Below, in pieces: positions 58,586 through 64,000 of a stretch of DNA of 64,000 nt. Under the pieces are notes generated by a model, which searched no databases, was not told where the DNA came from, and saw nothing but the letters and a program-made list of their open reading frames with translations. A program made the position numbers and the translations under genes. Location of the stretch: assembly GCA_963777505.1 (NCBI GenBank), contig CAVZQN010000006.1, positions 160,001 to 224,000 on the forward strand, in the 5' to 3' direction. The DNA comes from an uncultured bacterium. Its GTDB lineage: Bacteria; Acidobacteriota; HRBIN11; JAKEFK01. Within the stretch, counting starts at the first letter, position 1, and every line of letters starts with the position of its first letter.

Positions 58586-60031
58586 GTGAATAAATTTACG
58601 CGCCGCGATTTTATACGCGGCGCAGGCGCAGCAATCGCGGTCACTTCATTAAACACAACATCCTTTTCACAACCCGCCAATAATTCAGTAATTGTTTTGG
58701 GAGCAGGGCTTGCGGGCCTTGCCGCTGCATATGAACTCAATCGCGCAGGCTATCAGGTTACAGTCATCGAAGCCCGTTCGCGTCCAGGCGGACGCGTCAC
58801 AACGTATCGTGATCCATTCGCTGATGGTTTATATGCTGAAATGGGCGCGGAATATGTAGATGCCTCGGATGAATTCGATCATCGCTATTGCAAAGAATTT
58901 GGATTGAAAGTCATGACAGCAAAACTGTATGACGCCATTTTTGTGCGAGGCAAAAAATTCAAGATGGCGGAATTCAAACAAAAGAATCAGACTCTTCCAT
59001 TCGAAGGCGCGCAACCGGGTATGTTGTTCGGTCAGGAAGCACCATTCACAAAGAAAATCCGCGAAAGTATCAAAAATCCTGAACAATTACCTTCTGATAT
59101 TTTACAAATGGATAATCTCTCGGTTGCTGAATTCCTTTTGCAGCAAGGCGCACCAAAAGATTTGCTCGCACTCTATACCTATCTAAATGCGACTGAAGAA
59201 ACTGCGCGACCTGAAGAGATGTCTGCGCTTTCATTGATCAAACATCATCTGAGCCAAAGCACCTTCAGCGAAGTACAGAATGAAGGAAGAATCTTTGGTG
59301 GAAATGATCAGCTTCCAAAAGCATTTGCGCGGCATCTTTCAGAAAAAATCTTATACCGGCGAGCTGTTCGAAAGATTGCTCATAACTCCAACGGAGCAGA
59401 GGTTTGGTTTGAGGAAAATGGAAAAGTTTTTTCGCTGCGTACTCCCAATCTTGTGATTGCGTTGCCATTTAAGATTTTGCGTGAACTAGAAATTGAGCCG
59501 GCTTTCTCAGAACAAAAAATGAATTGCATCACAACGCTCGGTTATGGCCATGTTATGAAAATCGCGATGCAATATAAACATCGTTTTTGGGACAAGCCTG
59601 AAAGTATTGGACAACGCGTTTTTACAGATACGCATCTGCGTCGCATTTATCATATGTCGATCGACCAGCCGGGTCCGCGTGGGATTTTGATGTCATTTAC
59701 TTCAGCCGCCGATGCTGAATATCTTGGTAAGCTCACAGAAGACGAACGTCTAAAGATTGCATTATCCGAAGTGACTAAACTCTGGCCAGAAGCGCCTGAA
59801 TTTTGGGAAGGTGGTGTTACAAAATACTGGAATGAAGATCCCTGGATGAAAGGCAGCTATTCCTTCGTAGCAAAAGGTCAGGAACGGAATTTCCTGGAAA
59901 TTGCGGCGAAGCCTGAAGGCTGTGTTCATTTTGCAGGAGAACATACATCCCGCTTTCGTGCCTCGATGAATGGTGCCATCGAATCAGGCGTGCGCGCCGC
60001 AGAACAGATTATCTCTGTGTCTCAGCGGTAA
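58586..60031 (+). CDS. Flavin monoamine oxidase / L-amino-acid oxidase family protein with Tat signal
   Basis: TRRDFIR; GAGLAGL, EARSRPGGR, EMGAE, FAGEHT, MNGAIESG. Confidence 0.88.
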   Translation: MNKFTRRDFIRGAGAAIAVTSLNTTSFSQPANNSVIVLGAGLAGLAAAYELNRAGYQVTVIEARSRPGGRVTTYRDPFADGLYAEMGAEYVDASDEFDHRYCKEFGLKVMTAKLYDAIFVRGKKFKMAEFKQKNQTLPFEGAQPGMLFGQEAPFTKKIRESIKNPEQLPSDILQMDNLSVAEFLLQQGAPKDLLALYTYLNATEETARPEEMSALSLIKHHLSQSTFSEVQNEGRIFGGNDQLPKAFARHLSEKILYRRAVRKIAHNSNGAEVWFEENGKVFSLRTPNLVIALPFKILRELEIEPAFSEQKMNCITTLGYGHVMKIAMQYKHRFWDKPESIGQRVFTDTHLRRIYHMSIDQPGPRGILMSFTSAADAEYLGKLTEDERLKIALSEVTKLWPEAPEFWEGGVTKYWNEDPWMKGSYSFVAKGQERNFLEIAAKPEGCVHFAGEHTSRFRASMNGAIESGVRAAEQIISVSQR

Positions 60032-60035
60032 AATC

Positions 60036-62438
60036 TTACTGAATGTAACCTAGCGAACGAAGTCGTTCTATTTCTTCCGGACTCATATTGGAAGTGCTAT
60101 CAGTATCGGACTTCAATTTGACTGAAACAGCTTTTTCCTTCCAGAGTTTCAATTCTTTTGCGAGCTGTTCGACAATTTTCGGATTTTGTTCCGCAATATT
60201 TGTTTGATCCAGCGGATCCTTGTTCCTATCGAACAATTCAAATTCCGGCTGACCTTCTTGACGAACGGTATGATGCACTAATTTCCATTGTCCTGAAATG
60301 ATTGAATAGGCTTCGGAGTTGAAAGGCGGAGGATTACCATGACCATCGACTGTGTTCGCGCGTTCTGACATTGCCGGACGTTCCCTCCAACTTGAACCTG
60401 CCTCTGCCATGTTACCGTTTCGCAAAGGCTGAATGAGCGGCACCATGCTTTGACCCTGCATTTCTTTCGGACCTTTTAATCCACAAAGTTCTAAAATCGT
60501 CGGCATTACATCCAGATTTTCAACAGTCTCTTTAACAACCTTATCTTTAGGCAGAAATTCAGGACTCCAAAAAAGAAGCGCAGTGTTGGTCAGTTCGCTA
60601 TATACCGATTGACCATGAAAAGACGCACCATGCTCAAGAAACTCTTCACCGTGATCTGAAGCAAATACAATCAACGTGTTTTTATCCAATTGAAGATGGC
60701 GCAATCGTTCGATAAGACGTCCTATTTCTGAATCCATTCCGCGGATCGCACCATCATAAAGATTTTTGTTGTGTTCTGTGTATTTTTTTGGATCGATGCC
60801 TGCTTTTATCAGTTCAGCTTTGTTTGGCATCTTAAACATTTTTGTTAAAGGATCGGTCATCACTTCTAAAACCTTTTCAGTTTCCTTCTGATGCTGCTTA
60901 TCGTAGTTTGGATCAGCCCACATCGTATCGTAGGGAGGCCGCGGCTTGTAAGGATCGTGCGGATCAAATAAATGTAAGAACACAAAAAAGGGCACAGAAC
61001 GATGAGATTCCAGCCAGGGCATAAGTCGATCAACGTATTCACGCGAGATTTTGCTGGAAGTTAAATCAGAAAGAGAAACATCTTCGTTGACTTCTTCGAA
61101 TCCCTGATGAAGATTTGTAAATTTCCCGGTAAACAGAACGCCCGTGAAATTAAGTGTGGCGTAACCGGAATCATAAAAAACTTCAGCCATAGTCGTAGCT
61201 GAAGAAGGCAGCCTGTCATAGAATTCGTGAACACCATTCGAAAGCGGATATAGGGATGTCATCATTGAAGGAGTCGAAACTTTTGTCCATGTTGCCTGGG
61301 AAATAGAATCCTTAAAAGTGACTCCCTCGCGTGCCATTTTTGCCAGGTGCGGTGATGTTTCGCGTTTATATCCATAAAAGCTCAAATGATCCGGACGCAG
61401 TGTGTCTGCCCAAATCAGAATTACATTTTGAGGCTTATCGACCTTTTCTTTTTCTTGCCTTCCATTCCGGATTACTGGGTTTCCCCAAATTCCAATCGTC
61501 CCCTTTTTTTCTGAGGTTAATGCCAATCGGAGCATTGCACTTTCACCAGCATACCGTGACAGATTGATCCTGTTTCGATCCCAGTGCTGCGGCATTGTGA
61601 TCGTCTTTTCAAGTAATGGTATTTCTGATTTTGATCCTTTTCTTTCTAAATAGACCCTAAAAGTAACGGGATAATTTTCGACAGTTCCGAGATTCAATTC
61701 CAACTCTGGATGTTCAGATAACGTTATAGGAATATTCAATTTCTCTGGAGTATGCATGACAACAGACTCTTGAAAAATTCCGGAAAGTCCCTGCCAACTC
61801 AAACCTGTAGGAATGCTGGCAAGATGATCCTTACGGAGAATTAGTTTTATGAATTCGATCTCGAAGGTTGAACCCGATGCATTCGTAGGTTGAATAAAAA
61901 TGTTTCTTGTCTTTTTGGATAAAGTTGTAATAGGGCTTGTAAGAACAATATTTTGGAAATGTTCGCCGGCGGCGATACTTTTCGAATCCCAGGCCGAAAA
62001 CGCTCTGTAATCCAGGACTGCTTTTAATGAAGGATCCTTTTCTCCTGAAAAAGAAAATGAAACATGATTACCTGCTGAAACTCGAAGCCGAATTTCGAGC
62101 GAATGAAAAAGATCGTTCTCATCGAATGAAGTTCTTTGCAGGTTGATTATTGGTAAATCGCTAGTGCTACGCCCCTTAAGGATGCCATTTTCTATTTTCA
62201 AATCGGAAACATCAGCATACGCTGTCCACCCTCCTGTGGAACCTGATTCTGCTGAGATCTTGCTAAAGCGCCATTCAGCCGGAATTGATTTTTCTACGGA
62301 CGTTTGTCCTTGCAAATTCTCCTTTTTATACAGGTGAGTGAGACGTGTTGAATGCGGTGAAGGCGGAGAAGTTTTACAAGCTACAGCGGAACAAATAAGT
62401 CCAATGAATAGAAGGAACGCCAGGAGTCGGCTTTTCAT
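60036..62438 (-). CDS. Sulfatase-like hydrolase lipoprotein with N-terminal beta-rich domains
   Basis: Lipobox AVAC; NVILIWADTLRPDHL, DPHDPY, SDHGEEF, C-terminal LRSLGYIQ. Confidence 0.85.
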   Translation of the reverse strand: MKSRLLAFLLFIGLICSAVACKTSPPSPHSTRLTHLYKKENLQGQTSVEKSIPAEWRFSKISAESGSTGGWTAYADVSDLKIENGILKGRSTSDLPIINLQRTSFDENDLFHSLEIRLRVSAGNHVSFSFSGEKDPSLKAVLDYRAFSAWDSKSIAAGEHFQNIVLTSPITTLSKKTRNIFIQPTNASGSTFEIEFIKLILRKDHLASIPTGLSWQGLSGIFQESVVMHTPEKLNIPITLSEHPELELNLGTVENYPVTFRVYLERKGSKSEIPLLEKTITMPQHWDRNRINLSRYAGESAMLRLALTSEKKGTIGIWGNPVIRNGRQEKEKVDKPQNVILIWADTLRPDHLSFYGYKRETSPHLAKMAREGVTFKDSISQATWTKVSTPSMMTSLYPLSNGVHEFYDRLPSSATTMAEVFYDSGYATLNFTGVLFTGKFTNLHQGFEEVNEDVSLSDLTSSKISREYVDRLMPWLESHRSVPFFVFLHLFDPHDPYKPRPPYDTMWADPNYDKQHQKETEKVLEVMTDPLTKMFKMPNKAELIKAGIDPKKYTEHNKNLYDGAIRGMDSEIGRLIERLRHLQLDKNTLIVFASDHGEEFLEHGASFHGQSVYSELTNTALLFWSPEFLPKDKVVKETVENLDVMPTILELCGLKGPKEMQGQSMVPLIQPLRNGNMAEAGSSWRERPAMSERANTVDGHGNPPPFNSEAYSIISGQWKLVHHTVRQEGQPEFELFDRNKDPLDQTNIAEQNPKIVEQLAKELKLWKEKAVSVKLKSDTDSTSNMSPEEIERLRSLGYIQ

Positions 62439-62510
62439 ATGCGGATTATATTACGACTGAGTAGAATAAAAAGTATGGTGGCTGCAACAAACAGGTGGGA
62501 GATTTTTATT

Positions 62511-63110
62511 ATGAAAAAAATATTTTTAGCTTTGTTCCTGATTAGTTTTTCTTTTGCTTCATCCGGGTTTACCGCCAACGAAAAAACTGCGAAGGCTACA
62601 TTTGCCGGAGGTTGCTTCTGGTGTATGGAAGAACCATTCGATCGCCTCGATGGTGTTATCTCTAGCACCTCAGGTTACACAGATGGACAGAAAAAAGATC
62701 CAACTTATGAACAGGTTTCAATGGGCGGTACAGGGCACGCTGAAGCGGTCCAGATAGTCTACGATCCCACGAAAATATCCTACGAAAAATTGTTGGAAGT
62801 TTTTTGGTTAAATGTCGATCCGCCGGACGGTCATGGACAATTTTGTGATCGTGGGGATCAATATCGCACAGGAATTTATTATCACGATGAAAAACAAAAG
62901 GCGCTTGCAGAAAAATCGAAACAAGAAAAAGCAAAGCTTCTGAAGAAACCGATTGTCACACCAATTACTGCTGCAACTCAATTTTATCCAGCGGAAGAGT
63001 ATCATCAGGATTTTTATAAGAAGAGTTCACTCCGCTATAAGTCCTACAGGATGGGCTGTGGCCGTGATCGAAGATTACAGGAGCTGTGGGGTGCTGCTGC
63101 AAAACACTGA
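62511..63110 (+). CDS. msrA: Exported peptide-methionine (S)-S-oxide reductase
   Basis: Signal peptide from ATG 62511; GGCFWCME, GHAEAV, GQFCDRGDQY, AEEYHQDF. Confidence 0.93.
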   Translation: MKKIFLALFLISFSFASSGFTANEKTAKATFAGGCFWCMEEPFDRLDGVISSTSGYTDGQKKDPTYEQVSMGGTGHAEAVQIVYDPTKISYEKLLEVFWLNVDPPDGHGQFCDRGDQYRTGIYYHDEKQKALAEKSKQEKAKLLKKPIVTPITAATQFYPAEEYHQDFYKKSSLRYKSYRMGCGRDRRLQELWGAAAKH

Positions 63111-63163
63111 AACGCGAAGAATTGCCGGTACGCTCATAACGCTATCCTAAAGCCTGGACTACC

Positions 63164-63208
63164 GACAAATAAATATGTCTTGACAAATTATTTTGTCGGT
63201 TTTATTCT
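63164..63208 (+). promoter_or_regulatory. Promoter with tandem palindromic operators for the ArsR-like gene
   Basis: TTGACA (63180)-N17-TATTCT (63203), overlapped by GACAAA-TAAA-TATGTC (63164-63179) and GACAAA-TTAT-TTTGTC (63182-63197). Confidence 0.7.
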
Positions 63209-63214
63209 TTTTTC

Positions 63215-63841
63215 ATGGCAAAGGATGCAGCGTCGTTAAACCTGATTGAAGACGGACGCAGTGCGGCGGCAGTTCTTAATCCACTTCGATTGCAAATCTT
63301 AGAGGGACTGAGTGAACCTGATTCAGCTTCCGGCCTTGCTCGGCGTTTCGGAATTCCCAGACAAAAAATCAACTATCATTTGCGCGAACTGGAAAAACAT
63401 GGACTGCTTGAGCCAGTTGAAGAGCGTCGTAAAGGCAACTGCACCGAACGGATTGTGCGAGCTACGGCGCGCGCATATTTGATTACACCGGAAGCGCTTG
63501 GTCCTCTTGCGGCCGATCCTGAAAAAATTCAGGACCAATTTTCTTCAATCTATCTTGTTGCAGTTGCTGCACGCGCCATCCAGGAACTCTCACTGTTGCG
63601 TTCAAAAGCAGATGAAGCCAATAAAAAAGTAGCAACACTCACATTACAAACTTCCATCCGGTTTGCATCAACAAAAGATCGGAACGCATTTGCCGAAGAG
63701 TTATCAAATTGCATCGCGCGACTGACTGCAAAATATCACAATGAGAAATCATCCACAGGTCGAACATTCCGATTGATTGCCGCTTCGTATCCGGCGATCA
63801 CCAAGAATTTGAAAAAATCAGAACAGGAAAAGAAGTCATGA
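63215..63841 (+). CDS. ArsR-like winged HTH transcriptional regulator
   Basis: LNPLRLQILEGLSEPDSASGLARRFGIPRQKINYHLRELEKHGL. Confidence 0.85.
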   Translation: MAKDAASLNLIEDGRSAAAVLNPLRLQILEGLSEPDSASGLARRFGIPRQKINYHLRELEKHGLLEPVEERRKGNCTERIVRATARAYLITPEALGPLAADPEKIQDQFSSIYLVAVAARAIQELSLLRSKADEANKKVATLTLQTSIRFASTKDRNAFAEELSNCIARLTAKYHNEKSSTGRTFRLIAASYPAITKNLKKSEQEKKS

Positions 63842-64000
63842 TCCAGGAAAAGAAATCATCTCCAACACGCTCAATTGAACGCACAATTGAAATCAATGCG
63901 CCTGCAGAAAAAGTTTGGAAGGCATTAACCGATGCGCAGGAATTGATGCGCTGGTTTCCGCTCGATGCACGTGTTACACCAGGAAAAGGCGGCACAATCT
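63838..64000 (+). CDS. SRPBCC/AHSA1-domain protein, runs off the window edge
   Basis: Manual translation MIQEKKSSPTRSIERTIEINAPAEKVWKALTDAQELMRWFPLDARVTPGKGGTI; ATGA overlap with the regulator stop. Confidence 0.8.
   Translation, partial: MIQEKKSSPTRSIERTIEINAPAEKVWKALTDAQELMRWFPLDARVTPGKGGTI

Larger units (their letters stand above)
57182..58617. repeat. Diverged tandem duplication (~700 bp unit: about 57182-57876 and 57884-58617)
   Basis: Shared upstream cttcggat...gggttgctata...ggagga, shared coding sequence and shared downstream ttaagcttg..cgggtgtagtagacttagcgcgtgaataaatttac.cgccg...tttatacg. Confidence 0.9.

Noticed and set aside
57182-58617. Insertion sequence or prophage remnant
   Set aside because: No transposase, integrase, terminal inverted repeats or phage genes; it is a plain tandem duplication.
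1224-63995. Numerous 60-150 aa ORFs in the six-frame track nested in or antisense to recognised genes
   Set aside because: Shadow ORFs with no recognisable motifs, fully overlapping confident CDSs.

Overview
This is a gene-dense chromosomal segment (about 43% GC by eye) from a diderm, LPS-producing bacterium. Gene order and protein styles suggest an Acidobacteriota-like or Deltaproteobacteria-like organism (inference). Positions 1-38 kb are mostly core genome: phoH-pgpH-ybeY-CNNM-era-lptC/A-lptB-rpoN-hpf-ptsN-hprK-rapZ-EIIA-ptsH-ptsI; tolQRA-tolB-pal-cpoB-ssb; uvrD, lpxC, gdhA; and tRNA-Met-tilS-hpt-ftsH-folP-cdaA-cdaR-glmM-pdxJ, then hemB. Positions 38-64 kb are accessory: an M14 peptidase, GT-C glycosyltransferases, an otsAB fusion, DmpA plus a degenerate DmpA-like partner, an amine-catabolism cluster, a Tat-signal flavin amine oxidase, a sulfatase-like lipoprotein, msrA and an ArsR-SRPBCC pair. 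The most unusual locus is a ~700 bp tandem duplication at 57.2-58.6 kb. It encodes two unknown paralogs with a disordered N-terminus, a coiled coil and a Gly-rich hydrophobic hairpin, reminiscent of type III-secreted translocator/effector proteins. Copy 1 sits behind a perfect sigma-54 promoter with a candidate enhancer palindrome; copy 2 has a damaged sigma-54 site but inherits a duplicated sigma-70-like promoter. Also seen: a candidate structured RNA at 25.2 kb, REP doublets, tandem-repeat hairpins, many apparently leaderless genes, and several single-base frameshifts that look like sequencing indels. No CRISPR array, rRNA or transposase was seen.
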